DNA from: Endozoicomonas sp.
Lineage (GTDB): Bacteria > Pseudomonadota > Gammaproteobacteria > Pseudomonadales > Endozoicomonadaceae
Direction of reading: 5' to 3'
Assembly (NCBI GenBank): GCA_027942505.1
Contig: JAQFVO010001030.1
Coordinates: forward strand, 1 to 52,823
Length of the DNA: 52,823 bases
Each line of letters starts with the position of its first letter. Positions within the stretch are counted from its first letter, which is position 1. The notes under the pieces were generated by a model, which did not search any database, was not told where the DNA came from, and saw nothing but the letters and a program-made list of their open reading frames with translations. The position numbers and the translations under genes were made by a program. Positions 25,799 through 35,735 of the stretch are shown piece after piece.

Positions 25799-26370
25799 AC
25801 AAAGCGCCTCCGTGTGGCTTGCTGGTTGGCCTGGGTGAATCCGGCCATGGTTTTGATTTTCAGCTCGTTGCAACGGCTGCGGTATTTCATCTGGTTTTTG
25901 TTGGCCAGATCGGGGGCGTACCAGTTGGTGCCGGGTATGTCTTGCAGCCTTGCCGCGACGCCGAACGGGACAAACGACACCAGCTCGCTGAATACGTTGC
26001 TCGGTAGCTCCGTAATGCCGTAAGCGGGAATCAGAGAGGTTTGTACCCACAGCCTGAGTTGCTGCCCTTCGCCGGGGGTGGTGTTGATATGCAGCGTATT
26101 CCTGTCGTTGTGGTGCCAGCCATCAAAGCGGGCGTCATTCTCCCGGGCGACTTCCAGTACCTTGCCGATTTCTGCTCCCGGTGGCGCGTCCAGCTCGTAG
26201 TCATTGACGCCATTGACCACAACCACCATCTGCTTGTTGTCTTTCCACAGATCACAGGTGTTGCAGGTATCCCTGAGTACATCAATCAACGTATCTGCAA
26301 TGGTGATTTCCGGACATCCGTTCACATGGGGTTTAATTCGCCTGAGAAAATCGGCAAGGGGGGTATTCAT
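25795..26370 (-). CDS. Phage adaptor/tail protein
   Basis: I.PHV.GCP...W.....P..A pattern; position in the structural operon. Confidence 0.6.
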   Translation of the reverse strand: MNTPLADFLRRIKPHVNGCPEITIADTLIDVLRDTCNTCDLWKDNKQMVVVVNGVNDYELDAPPGAEIGKVLEVARENDARFDGWHHNDRNTLHINTTPGEGQQLRLWVQTSLIPAYGITELPSNVFSELVSFVPFGVAARLQDIPGTNWYAPDLANKNQMKYRSRCNELKIKTMAGFTQANQQATRRRFV

Positions 26371-26386
26371 GGTTAGCCTTCTCTTG

Positions 26387-26474
26387 CGCTACCCGCTGCC
26401 CGCTGCCCGCTACCCGTAAAAGCACTGTCTGCGCTTATCTTTTTCGGGAAGCGGGAGGCGGGAGGCGGGAGGCG
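26387..26474. repeat. Inverted arrays of 7-nt tandem repeats
   Basis: (RCCCGCT)x4 at 26387-26416 and (RGCGGGA)x4 at 26445-26474. Confidence 0.85.
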
Positions 26475-26475
26475 T

Positions 26476-27117
26476 CTAACTGTTTTTAATGGGCCTGGAG
26501 AACATCAGGTCAATCTTCCATTTCAGGCCGAGATCGTTCGCCGCCAGCTTAAGATAATTCTGGGCCTGCATCAGATTCCCCTCGGTTTCCCCGTCAGTCA
26601 GATAGGCGTAAGCCATCATGGAATGCTTCAGGGCGTTCAGGTGAATCAGGGGGATTTCAATATCGGTACTGCTGGCATCGGTCACAATCACCGGCTCCCG
26701 GCTGACCTGCAAGCTGACGGTGTGCGCAACATTGGGATAGGGATAGAGCCAGAACACATCCGGCGTGCGCTCGTCGTAGACCATGTATTCCACGTAGTTG
26801 CCAAAACCACCGAACGGGGTTTGACTCCAGTTGCTATCAAAGGCCGATAGCTCATCCATGGTCTTGCTCTGGATTACTCGCCCGGTGTCGTCGTTGGCAA
26901 TGGGTCCGAGAATCCGGTAGGCGTCGGCGGGTTTGGCCTGCTGGCTCTTTTGCTCGCAGTTGAAGGCAATCACCGCGCTATTGGCATCTGGTCGTTGCTG
27001 AACTACCCACAGTAGCGCCTCGTTGTAGCAGTCCAGCAAGGTCGGATCATCCCAACGGTACGCGCTGGCATCCTGCAACAGTTGACGTACGCGGGTAATC
27101 AGCTCGGCTACTTTCAC
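26476..27117 (-). CDS. Head-tail adaptor protein
   Basis: LI.RV..LLQD....RW....L....NEA......RPDA...FWLYP.P. Confidence 0.7.
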   Translation of the reverse strand: MKVAELITRVRQLLQDASAYRWDDPTLLDCYNEALLWVVQQRPDANSAVIAFNCEQKSQQAKPADAYRILGPIANDDTGRVIQSKTMDELSAFDSNWSQTPFGGFGNYVEYMVYDERTPDVFWLYPYPNVAHTVSLQVSREPVIVTDASSTDIEIPLIHLNALKHSMMAYAYLTDGETEGNLMQAQNYLKLAANDLGLKWKIDLMFSRPIKNS

Positions 27118-27434
27118 AGGCGATTACCGTCCTTGTCGCAGGGAATCAGCTCGCCCTGCTTCACCAGTCGGCGGATACCGTCTGAGGCAATCAGCACCCG
27201 GTTATTTTTCGGATTCAGGCAGTACTCATAACCCGGGTTAACTACTTCTTCAACCATTGGCTCTGGCTGCCTGTCGCCAGCCAGCAGGGTTTTAATCTGA
27301 GAGCGCAATGAATCCAACTTGTCGCGCCCGTTCAGCTCTTTCATAAAGTGCGCCTGGGCAAATTGCAGCAGCTCGTCTTTACTGGCTGCGTCAATATCAA
27401 ATTCGGTTTTTGAGGGGATGTCAGTAATATCCAT
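27114..27434 (-). CDS. Hypothetical head-region protein
   Basis: ORF coupled to the adaptor gene; small helical N-terminal motif. Confidence 0.6.
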   Translation of the reverse strand: MDITDIPSKTEFDIDAASKDELLQFAQAHFMKELNGRDKLDSLRSQIKTLLAGDRQPEPMVEEVVNPGYEYCLNPKNNRVLIASDGIRRLVKQGELIPCDKDGNRL

Positions 27435-27448
27435 TGTGATACCTGTAG

Positions 27449-27478
27449 AAAAGTAAACCCCTTACCGAAATAAGGGGC
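27449..27478 (-). terminator. Intrinsic terminator after the capsid gene
   Basis: GCCCCTTA-TTTCGG-TAAGGGGT followed by a T-rich run. Confidence 0.7.
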
Positions 27479-27486
27479 TTATGGGG

Positions 27487-28335
27487 TTAAGCCTGCTTAA
27501 CGACAGACATCACCAGCGCGTCGGGCTTGACGATCTTACGACCGTAAACCTTCAGGCCACGATGACCGACACCGAACTGATCTTGCAGTGTCAGCGACTC
27601 GTGGTTAACGAACTGGCTGGCGAAGGCGCACGCGTGCCGGGTGCCTGCCAGCACAGTAGTCTTGCCGTCTGTGGCGGGCAGGGTGTTGGACTCATAGATA
27701 GTGAACCCGGCGTAGGTTCCCATCTTGCCGGTGAGCAATGGGCTGTTGCCCGCACCAGACTTATCCGCCTGGAACAGATCGGACAGCATGATGGCACCAC
27801 ACAGATGAACCGGCAGTTTTACCCAACGGCCCAGCGTCGGCACGTTGTTCCTGCTCAGCTCATCACGGAGCGATACCAGGAAGTCAGCGACGTTGCTCTT
27901 GTCCACCACATCGCCGTTGGTGGTATCGCCCACAGTGAGACCGGCACCTGCGGCCATTACCGCGTGAATGTCAGTCTCTACGTGGATTTTCATCTTTTCA
28001 GATGCGTCCAGGGTGGACTCGTCCACTTCCTTGATGTTGCTCTGGAGCGACTGAATGTAGTCGTCCACAAAGGCGTAGTACTTCGCCTGGTCAATGGGCA
28101 GCTCGATCTTGCCAGGCTCGATACCCTGATAGCTGACGCTGCCAGAGTAATCATTAATGGCAATGTCCGGGCGGGAACGAATCACCACCTTGGAGCCTTC
28201 GCCTGCGATCTCACCTTCCCAGTCGGTGTTACAGGTTTCCATCAGGGAAGTGTTGGCGTAGAACTTGGCGTTCAGTTTTTTGGAATAGATAACGGATAGG
28301 CCGTTAGCTGCGTTGCCGGTAGGGAATGCGGCCAT
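27487..28335 (-). CDS. Major capsid protein (P22-coat-like)
   Basis: IYSKKL..KFY......CNTDWEGEI...G..V.I...P; GLKVYG C-terminus; follows the scaffold gene. Confidence 0.8.
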   Translation of the reverse strand: MAAFPTGNAANGLSVIYSKKLNAKFYANTSLMETCNTDWEGEIAGEGSKVVIRSRPDIAINDYSGSVSYQGIEPGKIELPIDQAKYYAFVDDYIQSLQSNIKEVDESTLDASEKMKIHVETDIHAVMAAGAGLTVGDTTNGDVVDKSNVADFLVSLRDELSRNNVPTLGRWVKLPVHLCGAIMLSDLFQADKSGAGNSPLLTGKMGTYAGFTIYESNTLPATDGKTTVLAGTRHACAFASQFVNHESLTLQDQFGVGHRGLKVYGRKIVKPDALVMSVVKQA

Positions 28336-28352
28336 GGTTGTTTACCTCAGTG

Positions 28353-29210
28353 TTACCCGACCTCCCCTCGCGCTATTGCCTCGTCAATTTCCGCTTCGTG
28401 TTTGGCGTACTCTTGGGGGCTCATTTTGGCAATCTGTGCCATGGTCCAGCGGGGGCGGCCTTGTGTTTGTGGTTGTGACCGGCTGCGTAGTGAAGGCATT
28501 GCTTCCTGTGCTGCCTGGTCGTGCTTATTCCCTAAGCCACTGGCTTGCTTGTAGCGGTTGAAGACTTCGATTACGTCTTCGGCGGTTCCCTGATTGAATG
28601 CGAATTGCGCGGCATGGCGGTCAATACCCGACAGGCGTTGCATCCATCCCTGGAACTCCGGGGATTGATAGACCTGTTGATGATCACCGTGTACGGCAGC
28701 AATGCGCTGGTAGTATTCCTGCTGGCTTTGCTGCGCCCGTTGCTGGCTCTCTTGCTCCCGTTGGGCTTTCAGCTCTTTGATAAAGGCTTCTTGCTCTTTC
28801 AGGCGCTTGACCATGGGGGCCAGTTCTTCAAAGTCATTCGCAGCGGTGTCCAGCTCGTCGGGCTCTGGCAGGTCGTCCGGTTTATGACTTCCGGATTGGC
28901 CGGTGTTGGCACTCTGCTGGAGCTGGTTTAGCTGTTGCTGCATCTCGCCCAGTTGCCTGCGTAGATCGCTGGCTTCCTGGTTGACTTTGGTGGTGTGGGC
29001 TTGCAGGTTTTTATACCGCTCCTCCCAGTTGCCGCTGTCCGTGTCCGTTGGTTTCTCAACGGGTGGCGCTGGCTGTGGGTTGCTCGCGGGTTCAGGGTTG
29101 GCAGATTCTTTGATCTCTGGTGCCGGGGTGTCCGCTTCTACGGGTCCCTTTATCAGTGCTTCAAGCTCTGCGTTTGCTTCCGCTTCCAGTTGCTCTGGGT
29201 TAATAGCCAT
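28353..29210 (-). CDS. Scaffolding protein
   Basis: Acidic Pro-rich N-terminus, WEERYK.LQ coiled coil, MS..EY.K...EI..A...G C-terminus. Confidence 0.75.
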   Translation of the reverse strand: MAINPEQLEAEANAELEALIKGPVEADTPAPEIKESANPEPASNPQPAPPVEKPTDTDSGNWEERYKNLQAHTTKVNQEASDLRRQLGEMQQQLNQLQQSANTGQSGSHKPDDLPEPDELDTAANDFEELAPMVKRLKEQEAFIKELKAQREQESQQRAQQSQQEYYQRIAAVHGDHQQVYQSPEFQGWMQRLSGIDRHAAQFAFNQGTAEDVIEVFNRYKQASGLGNKHDQAAQEAMPSLRSRSQPQTQGRPRWTMAQIAKMSPQEYAKHEAEIDEAIARGEVG

Positions 29211-29288
29211 TGCTTGCTCCTGTCGTGGGTGCCCGGGGCGTGTCCACTGAGGTTGTGAGGCCGGGTGCTCGGGGCGTATCCGACCATG

Positions 29289-29323
29289 AAAAAAGCCCGG
29301 AGGCGGCTAGACCTTCGGGCTTT
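29289..29323 (-). terminator. Intrinsic terminator-like hairpin
   Basis: AAAGCCCGAAGG...CCTCCGGGCTTTTTT. Confidence 0.6.
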
Positions 29324-29344
29324 CGTGGTTAATCGGTGTTCGGG

Positions 29345-29581
29345 TTACTTCTTATGAGCGTTCAGCAATGTCTCTGCCCGCTCGATCAGTGCCAGGGTTT
29401 CTTGCAGCTCTCGCGCTTCTCCCTGGAGCCTGAGTGTCTGGTGATGATCGTTACTGCTGACCAGTCGGCCGTGGGTTTCCTCCAGGCTGTCCCTGAGGTA
29501 CGTCATTAGCTGCTGGTAGTGCGGATTGTACCGGAGTGCCAGCAATGCCTCCGCCGTTGATTTGTCCAGCCTGCATTGCAT
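29345..29581 (-). CDS. Small conserved protein downstream of the portal
   Basis: RLQGEA motif; overlaps the portal 3' end. Confidence 0.65.
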   Translation of the reverse strand: MQCRLDKSTAEALLALRYNPHYQQLMTYLRDSLEETHGRLVSSNDHHQTLRLQGEARELQETLALIERAETLLNAHKK

Positions 29582-31487
29582 ATTGTTCTTCCTGTGAAAT
29601 CATGGCCTTGTCCGGGTCCAGATCATTGCTGCGTAGATACTCTTCCAGCAGGTAGCGTCGATCGGTGAGTGGCCCGTCCACCGGGTTGGCAGTAAACGAC
29701 ATAACCTGCATGAGTTTCTGGCTTTGCATCTCTTTCGCTACCAGTGCGCTTGAGCCTTGCGCTACCACGTCCAGATCACCACGTTTCTCGTCAATCTCGG
29801 ACCAGCGCATGGTGAAGTGGTAAAGGCTTTCGATTAGCGGTTTAGTCATGTAATCGTCGATGTTCTTGACCACTGACTTGAGGGCGATATTGGCAGCACT
29901 CATCAGCATGGACATACCACTGGCCGTCTTATTCATGCTCTTGCCCTGCTCGCCGTGGGTATAAGACGGCAGGCTGGTTTCTTCGTCGGCAAAGCGTCTG
30001 AACATTTCAAACACGGCCTGAAGCTGGCTCTGGTTGCTGGTGATATTGTTCACCCTAACCGCCGGGCCTTCTCCACCTTTGCTGCTGTCGTAAAAGTTCA
30101 CCTTGAACGGGAATATTTTTTTGGCTTCTTCCATGGATACCGACTCAGGCAGCTTGGCCACATCAATATCCAGCATCGGGCCTGCGGTGAGTGCCACGTT
30201 ATCCAGCAAGGCATTCACACTGGCATTCATGGCGGCTTGCGCATCGGCCATCATTGCCGGTACGCCAACACCCCAGAAGCGGTGCGCCAAAATCTGATAA
30301 GGGACAAACTTGTAGGGAATGCTTTCGGGCTTCATGGGGTTCAGCCGCGCCATAATTACCCGGTCAGCACAAAACCAGATATTGGCCTGGTACTCAATAA
30401 ACGGGTCGTCTACCTGTACACCGTATTGTGAGAGCTTTTGCCCGTCCACCAATCCCCAGTACTCAAATACGTCATAGCGCCGGCTGGCATCGTGGTAGCG
30501 GTCGTCGGACTCATTCATGTTCCTGAGTTGGCGCTCCCACTCCAAATCCTCATGGTCGCCGTTGGGTAGCTGGGTGAGGATTTCTCCAATACGCTCGCTG
30601 TCGAATGCCGGTGCTGTGGCTAACTGTCTGAGTTCGTGGCGGGTTAATACTCTGCGTCTGATCGGGTCTTCCGGGTCTTCTGCGTCGGTACTCCAGTTGT
30701 TGGGGTACATTTCCCAAATGCTTACATGCTCAACATCAGGGACAATCTGCTTCTGCCCGGTGAGATTCCACTGGCCATCGTCGTCCGCTTCCCAGCCTTC
30801 ACGCTCTAAAAACTTCACTGTGGCTGTTTTCACACAGCCGGTTCCCAAGTCCACCATTTCCCGAACGGTTTTCTTCAGTCCCTTCAGGGCGTGCGCCTGG
30901 ATCAAATAGTCTTTGATCTGCCGGGCAATGGCAGTACAGGCTTTCTCGGCGCTTTCCAGCGAGTCGGATTTAATGGCCTCGGTGAGCTTTTCATAGAGCT
31001 GGCCTTCCAGCTGCGCTACCATCTGACTCTTGGCTTCTGCCGGTATCGGGGCTTGCATGGCCTGAACGGTTGCCATCTGCTTAGCCTGCTTCTTCACAAC
31101 CAGCTTGACCGCTTTGGGCAGTGTCGCCATCGGGCTTGGTACAATATCCCAGAAGCTATCTACCTGAGAGAACAGCAGGTCAATCAACCGGGAATAGGCA
31201 GCGTTGACCTTGGTGAGCGTCACCTTCACATAGATACGTGACAGTTGCCCGTTTTCCGCCATTCTGGATAGGGTATCAGCATCGTGTTCGCCCTTAATGG
31301 CTTGCAGTGCCGCTATCCACTCCTGTTCAATCTCCCGCCGGGCTTCTTTGCGTCGGCTCCACTCTTGATGCAGGTCTCTGGCCAGTGCGTCTTTAATTCG
31401 CAACGCTTCGTTTGCGGCCCGCTCCAGTGCCTCAGCGTCCGTGTTCGGCACTTGTACCGCTGTCATATCTTCATTGGGTGCGTACAT
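29451..31487 (-). CDS. Portal protein
   Basis: 678 aa after terL; FWGVGVP, TASGMSMLM and KSVVKNIDD motifs. Confidence 0.88.
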   Translation of the reverse strand: MYAPNEDMTAVQVPNTDAEALERAANEALRIKDALARDLHQEWSRRKEARREIEQEWIAALQAIKGEHDADTLSRMAENGQLSRIYVKVTLTKVNAAYSRLIDLLFSQVDSFWDIVPSPMATLPKAVKLVVKKQAKQMATVQAMQAPIPAEAKSQMVAQLEGQLYEKLTEAIKSDSLESAEKACTAIARQIKDYLIQAHALKGLKKTVREMVDLGTGCVKTATVKFLEREGWEADDDGQWNLTGQKQIVPDVEHVSIWEMYPNNWSTDAEDPEDPIRRRVLTRHELRQLATAPAFDSERIGEILTQLPNGDHEDLEWERQLRNMNESDDRYHDASRRYDVFEYWGLVDGQKLSQYGVQVDDPFIEYQANIWFCADRVIMARLNPMKPESIPYKFVPYQILAHRFWGVGVPAMMADAQAAMNASVNALLDNVALTAGPMLDIDVAKLPESVSMEEAKKIFPFKVNFYDSSKGGEGPAVRVNNITSNQSQLQAVFEMFRRFADEETSLPSYTHGEQGKSMNKTASGMSMLMSAANIALKSVVKNIDDYMTKPLIESLYHFTMRWSEIDEKRGDLDVVAQGSSALVAKEMQSQKLMQVMSFTANPVDGPLTDRRYLLEEYLRSNDLDPDKAMISQEEQYAMQAGQINGGGIAGTPVQSALPAANDVPQGQPGGNPRPTGQQ

Positions 31488-33064
31488 TAGGCGTAACCGG
31501 CTTTACCTGGCTGGAAGTTGGAAGAAGGAATCTTTCGTTTCATCTTGGGCAGTTGCAGCCGCATCTGTTGAGCAATGGCGTAGCTTGTGACTTCATCGTC
31601 ATAGCAACCGTCCTGAGCATTGGTCTTGCCTGCGTCGTCTATGACATAAGTCTACAATTCGCTGACAGTACGATAACAGGCGATACCGTGGCATTCATCC
31701 CGTAACAGCTCTGCCAGGTGATCAATCATTAACGGCTTGGTCCTGCTGGTTGTCAGCCAGCCGATCTTCTTGGTCAGCTTCTCCCCGGCTCGGTGCTCCG
31801 GGTCTTTCTGAATGAATTGGTTGGGATAATTCAGATCACGCAACCGTGTAATAGTGGTCAGTCCGTGATTATTCCGCTCAACTCCTACCAATGCGTTGTT
31901 ATAGAACCGGCCTACCTTATCAATCATGCTGCCCAGCTCATCGGGCTCAACGTGTCCGTGCCACTTGGCAACCTGATAACCATCTCTGTCCACCACATGG
32001 AATACACTGTAATCGTTGTTTGCCAGTCCCTCAGCCACATCAACACCGATGGCGTAGTGCATATCAGGCTCCGGCTTATACCAGACTTCCAGATTGCCAG
32101 TGTCGTCCGGTAACAGGTCGTGAGTGGTGAGTTGGTAGCGGTGCTTCGGCTCCATACACTCGGCCTTGGCCAGTGCGATGTGGTGACTTGGAAATCTAAC
32201 CCTGCCTGAGAACAGGAACGCCTCCATTGGCGTTGTCGGGTACTCCTGCATCATCTCGTTGCCGTAGGTGGATTCTGTCACTTCGTACCAGTAGCGTTGC
32301 TCTGGCGTGAAGATGGTACCCGCTTCTTTCTCCTTCTCGTCCAGGTACCTCTTAACCCGCTCGTCCGGTGTCCAGCCTTGTGCTGGTGTCATGGCGTACT
32401 TGGGGTCATCGAACCATGCGTAGAAGTGGAACCGGGCTTGCTTCTTGTTGAGCTTGCCAGTGTGGTTCATGGATTTAAGACATCGGTCGTAGAAGTCGCC
32501 TCCCACACCTTCAGCCGTTGACTCAATAAAACAGTACGAACCTTCGTGAACAGCAGGGAATGAACCGGTCCTGACTTCCTTGGCCTTCTCCGGGAACTTG
32601 GCGCATATCTTCCCGTACTCGGAGATATGCAACCACTGGATCGTACCAGAGCGCATACTGGTACCGACTTTGATACTGCTGCCGTTGCTGAACACCAACT
32701 GCTGCGCCCGACTGGTATCCGCCGGTCTTGCTGCCTTGATCTGCTCGGGCAGGTTGTCATAGGCAAACTTGATCTTGGTTCTGAACAGCTCCTCAGCGTC
32801 GTCTCTTGTATGGGCGATAATTCCGCACCGCTGGTTAGAAATAAACAGGGCTGAGTCCAGTATCAGAATATCAATAAAAGTACTGAACCCCAGCTGCCGG
32901 GCTTTAAGTATGTTGTTCCAGTACCAGATGTTGTTATAAAAATGAGTCTGAAGCGGCCTTGGCTTGAACTGAATCGCCTTGCCGTGTTCGTCTTCAATCC
33001 AGTACAGGTGATTGAGTCGCCACCATCGGTCGGACAGCTTGGCTTTCAGTTCGGCAGGGCTCAT
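31487..33064 (-). pseudogene. terL: Large terminase subunit interrupted by an in-frame TAG at 31652-31654
   Basis: KARQLGFST, LHISE, ESTAEG, GVDVAEG, ERNNHG; after the TAG the frame continues TYVIDDAGKTNAQDGCYDDEVTSYAIA to a TAA overlapping the portal ATG. Confidence 0.88.
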
Positions 33065-33597
33065 TCAACAGCAATATCCTTGCTCTCAAGACTGTCCATC
33101 AGGGCGGCAAGGTCAGAACCTTTGTCCTCATTGTCGTCCAGGTTAAACGCCTGCCTTTCGAGCTTCACCGCTTTGGCCAGGGCATCAATGCCGCTATTCA
33201 ATGACCGGGCAATGTTCTGGTGATTATCGTCGTTTATCTCTGCATCCATCAAATAGGCAGACAACCGGGCGGCAATCTGGCGATACTCGGCAATACCATG
33301 GCGGTGCATGAGCACCAGCGCAACCGCGTCGTTGCTGGCTTGTTCGATAATCTGTTCATCGGTCGTACGAATGTTCGTACTCGTACCTTCACTTCGTACC
33401 AGCTTTGCTTTTGTCTGACTCTTAACCTTGCTGGTTAAATCTCTCTGCCACCCTTTGCTCTTCGCCCGCTTGCGGATAGCACCCTCAGAGCAGTCATGCT
33501 TCTTGCCAATCGCATTCACGGACAACTGACCAGCACGATAGTCCGCTTCGATGGCTTCCCAATCTATGCTCTTACGCTTGCCCGCCATACGCATCAA
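33061..33597 (-). CDS. terS: Small terminase subunit
   Basis: DWEAIEADYRAG.LS...I.......EGAIRKRAK..GW.RDL HTH; coupled to terL. Confidence 0.82.
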   Translation of the reverse strand: MMRMAGKRKSIDWEAIEADYRAGQLSVNAIGKKHDCSEGAIRKRAKSKGWQRDLTSKVKSQTKAKLVRSEGTSTNIRTTDEQIIEQASNDAVALVLMHRHGIAEYRQIAARLSAYLMDAEINDDNHQNIARSLNSGIDALAKAVKLERQAFNLDDNEDKGSDLAALMDSLESKDIAVE

Positions 33598-33839
33598 TCC
33601 CTCGATGATTGTTTGTTTCGCTTGTCCCGCCGCAACGTGAGCCAGAGGTTGATAATAATGACAGTGACAGATAACAGGCCGAGAATATCTGACAGAATTA
33701 AATCAAACCGACCATTAATGATTTGCTCAAGACTTGCCCGATAGAGGCTCTCAGCATTGCCGATACTCTGTTTTGCGCTAACTCCCACAGCCACAGCACC
33801 GGCGCTTACAATGATTGATGTTGGCACCGGTTCACTCAT
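33594..33839 (-). CDS. Small membrane protein of the lysis cassette
   Basis: Hydrophobic segment followed by a basic tail. Confidence 0.55.
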   Translation of the reverse strand: MSEPVPTSIIVSAGAVAVGVSAKQSIGNAESLYRASLEQIINGRFDLILSDILGLLSVTVIIINLWLTLRRDKRNKQSSRD

Positions 33840-34213
33840 GGCTTACTCCACTGTTTCATCACCTTCTCGGCTGACCGGCCTACCACATAGCCACCAAGAC
33901 CAATCTTTACAATTTCCAGCAACGCAATGATCTGACTTTCTGATAATCCCGGGGCGGTCCATCCAAGCCAGTGAGCGACAATCAGACCGGTGAACGTAAG
34001 CATGGTTGATGGTCGCCAGTTACGTTGCAACCAGCTCTCCCCGGTGGCTTCTGCGGCAATAACTTTGCCGGCCTGCTCCAGCTCGGTTTTGTCCAGTGCG
34101 ATGATCTGACTGTTAATGCTGGCCTTTAGCTGGCTCGCCTGATCCTTGTCCGGTATAGCCTTGTCAATGGCTTTGCCTACTAATCCGGTGATAGCTCCAA
34201 GCCAGCCGATCAT
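33836..34213 (-). CDS. 3TM-type holin
   Basis: IDK.IPD...ESWLQRNWRP...LGGYV.GRS.EK. Confidence 0.82.
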   Translation of the reverse strand: MIGWLGAITGLVGKAIDKAIPDKDQASQLKASINSQIIALDKTELEQAGKVIAAEATGESWLQRNWRPSTMLTFTGLIVAHWLGWTAPGLSESQIIALLEIVKIGLGGYVVGRSAEKVMKQWSKP

Positions 34214-34609
34214 TTACGAATACTCCGGGTGTTTTACAGTGATCTTGATCTGGAAAGTCTCCGGCAGATAGCCGCGCAACTCATTGATCGCCTGAGCTGA
34301 GCTCTGCACCATGTAACCATCGGTAGACAACCACTTACCAACGGCGATACAACCGTGAACATCACTGGCATAGTTGCCGACGTGAATCAGAATGGCCGAT
34401 CTGTCGGGAACATTTTTCAGTCGCCAGACATTTTTGAATTTGGTGCCATTGTGCGGTACGCAGTCATAAATCCCTTCGGGGATACAACTGATATTGCGTT
34501 CATTATCCAGCCATGGTCTCTCGATCGTGGCAAAGGTATGAAAGCCTGGCACATGCAATTCACCGATAACGCAGTGCTGTAGATAGCTGCGCTCTAATGT
34601 CAGAAGCAT
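34214..34609 (-). CDS. Putative endolysin (DUF5675-like)
   Basis: TIERPW..N....SCIP.G.Y...VP.RS.ILIH.GN...D..GCI.VG. Confidence 0.82.
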   Translation of the reverse strand: MLLTLERSYLQHCVIGELHVPGFHTFATIERPWLDNERNISCIPEGIYDCVPHNGTKFKNVWRLKNVPDRSAILIHVGNYASDVHGCIAVGKWLSTDGYMVQSSAQAINELRGYLPETFQIKITVKHPEYS

Positions 34610-34623
34610 GATAGATACTCAAG

Positions 34624-34808
34624 AAAAAACCGGCTAAAGCGGGTGTTACCCAAGCCGGTGAAGGGTCGTTGTTTGATGGTCGTCTATTGATACCAGAGGG
34701 GAGTCGTATTAACTTGAGTCTACTTGATCGGCTCAAGCTGCCAGGGCTTACAGATTGAATCTTGCCAGACTACAGATACGAAAACGCCCCGACAAATTAT
34801 CAGGGCGT
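34624..34808 (-). terminator. Two terminator-like hairpins in the late leader
   Basis: ACGCCCTGA...TCGGGGCGTTTT (about 34780-34808) and ACCGGCT...AGCCGGTTTTTT (about 34624-34659). Confidence 0.6.
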
Positions 34809-34829
34809 AAATACGACACGGTAGACTGA

Positions 34830-34858
34830 ATTATATGGATGAATGGATGGCCAGTCAA
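34830..34858 (-). promoter_or_regulatory. Late promoter (pR'-like)
   Basis: TTGACT-17 bp-TATAAT upstream of the terminators and lysis genes. Confidence 0.8.
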
Positions 34859-34867
34859 CAATGCAAA

Positions 34868-35326
34868 TCAGGCGGCAGTCCTGATTTCCAAGTCCCAACC
34901 ATTAACGGTTTCTTCCAGCCTGAGAGTTAGCTCATGGATTTGCCGATCAAGGTCAGCCAATTTTTCCAGCAGTCCGGCAATCGCCTCCTCTCCGATAGAC
35001 TCCATGTAAAGATCCCGAATAGCTTTGTCTGCCAATACCGGAATCGGCTGCTCACCCTTTTCCCACTTGGCGACACTCTGATCGGTCTTACCCAGAAGCT
35101 TGCCAAGACCTTTCTGGGAAAGATCCAGTTCCAACCGGATAAAACGAAACTCTTTCGGCTGCAAGGGCGCTACCATTTCAGCCAGCCCCCTGGCTATTAC
35201 CCGGTGCAACCCGTCCATATCGTGTATGGAAATCCCTGTTCCAGATGGGGAGTCGGTTTTTACATAGCCATTCTTCAAGTAAATGTTGTCTAATCCACAC
35301 GCGGTATAATGGTACATGATATTCAT
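34868..35326 (-). CDS. MqsA-like HTH antitoxin
   Basis: YHYTACGLDNIYL.NG...EFRFIRLELDLSQ..L..LLG.....VAKWE.G. Confidence 0.8.
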   Translation of the reverse strand: MNIMYHYTACGLDNIYLKNGYVKTDSPSGTGISIHDMDGLHRVIARGLAEMVAPLQPKEFRFIRLELDLSQKGLGKLLGKTDQSVAKWEKGEQPIPVLADKAIRDLYMESIGEEAIAGLLEKLADLDRQIHELTLRLEETVNGWDLEIRTAA

Positions 35327-35661
35327 CCCTCCCAGGTGGTTATCACCAGACAGGTGGTGCTTTGCCTCTTCACAACCTTAGCCACAACTGTTATTTTTAC
35401 CCCGGCCGTAACGCGGGACAACTTGCACCGCCAGCCTTTCTCTCCTTCCGTACACCAGACGATATCGCCAATCTGCTCACCACTCTTGAGCACATTCAAA
35501 ATCTGTCGAGTGGTTACATCCCTCTCCCTCATTCGCAAAACCGCATGGTCGAGGAAGTCGAGATTATGCGACTCGTCGGATGCAATCCGGGCAATCTCCC
35601 GACGCACCTCCACGATCCCCATAAATGGGAGCGAAACAACTTTATTCGACTCACTAGCCAT
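35323..35661 (-). CDS. DUF4258-like putative toxin
   Basis: HAVLRMRER.VT...I..VL..G...VIT; coupled to the HTH gene. Confidence 0.75.
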   Translation of the reverse strand: MASESNKVVSLPFMGIVEVRREIARIASDESHNLDFLDHAVLRMRERDVTTRQILNVLKSGEQIGDIVWCTEGEKGWRCKLSRVTAGVKITVVAKVVKRQSTTCLVITTWEG

Positions 35662-35681
35662 TTGTCTGCCTCGAATCCTAC

Positions 35682-35700
35682 ACCTATAATTATTATAGGT
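35682..35700. promoter_or_regulatory. Perfect palindrome, probable TA autoregulatory operator
   Basis: ACCTATAAT-T-ATTATAGGT about 20 bp upstream of the toxin start. Confidence 0.6.
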
Positions 35701-35735
35701 AAATACAGTACTTGTTATAATTTATTTTCATAAAG

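Noticed and set aside
34610..34830. tRNA genes in the late leader
   Set aside because: Hairpins are present but there is no cloverleaf or T-loop consensus
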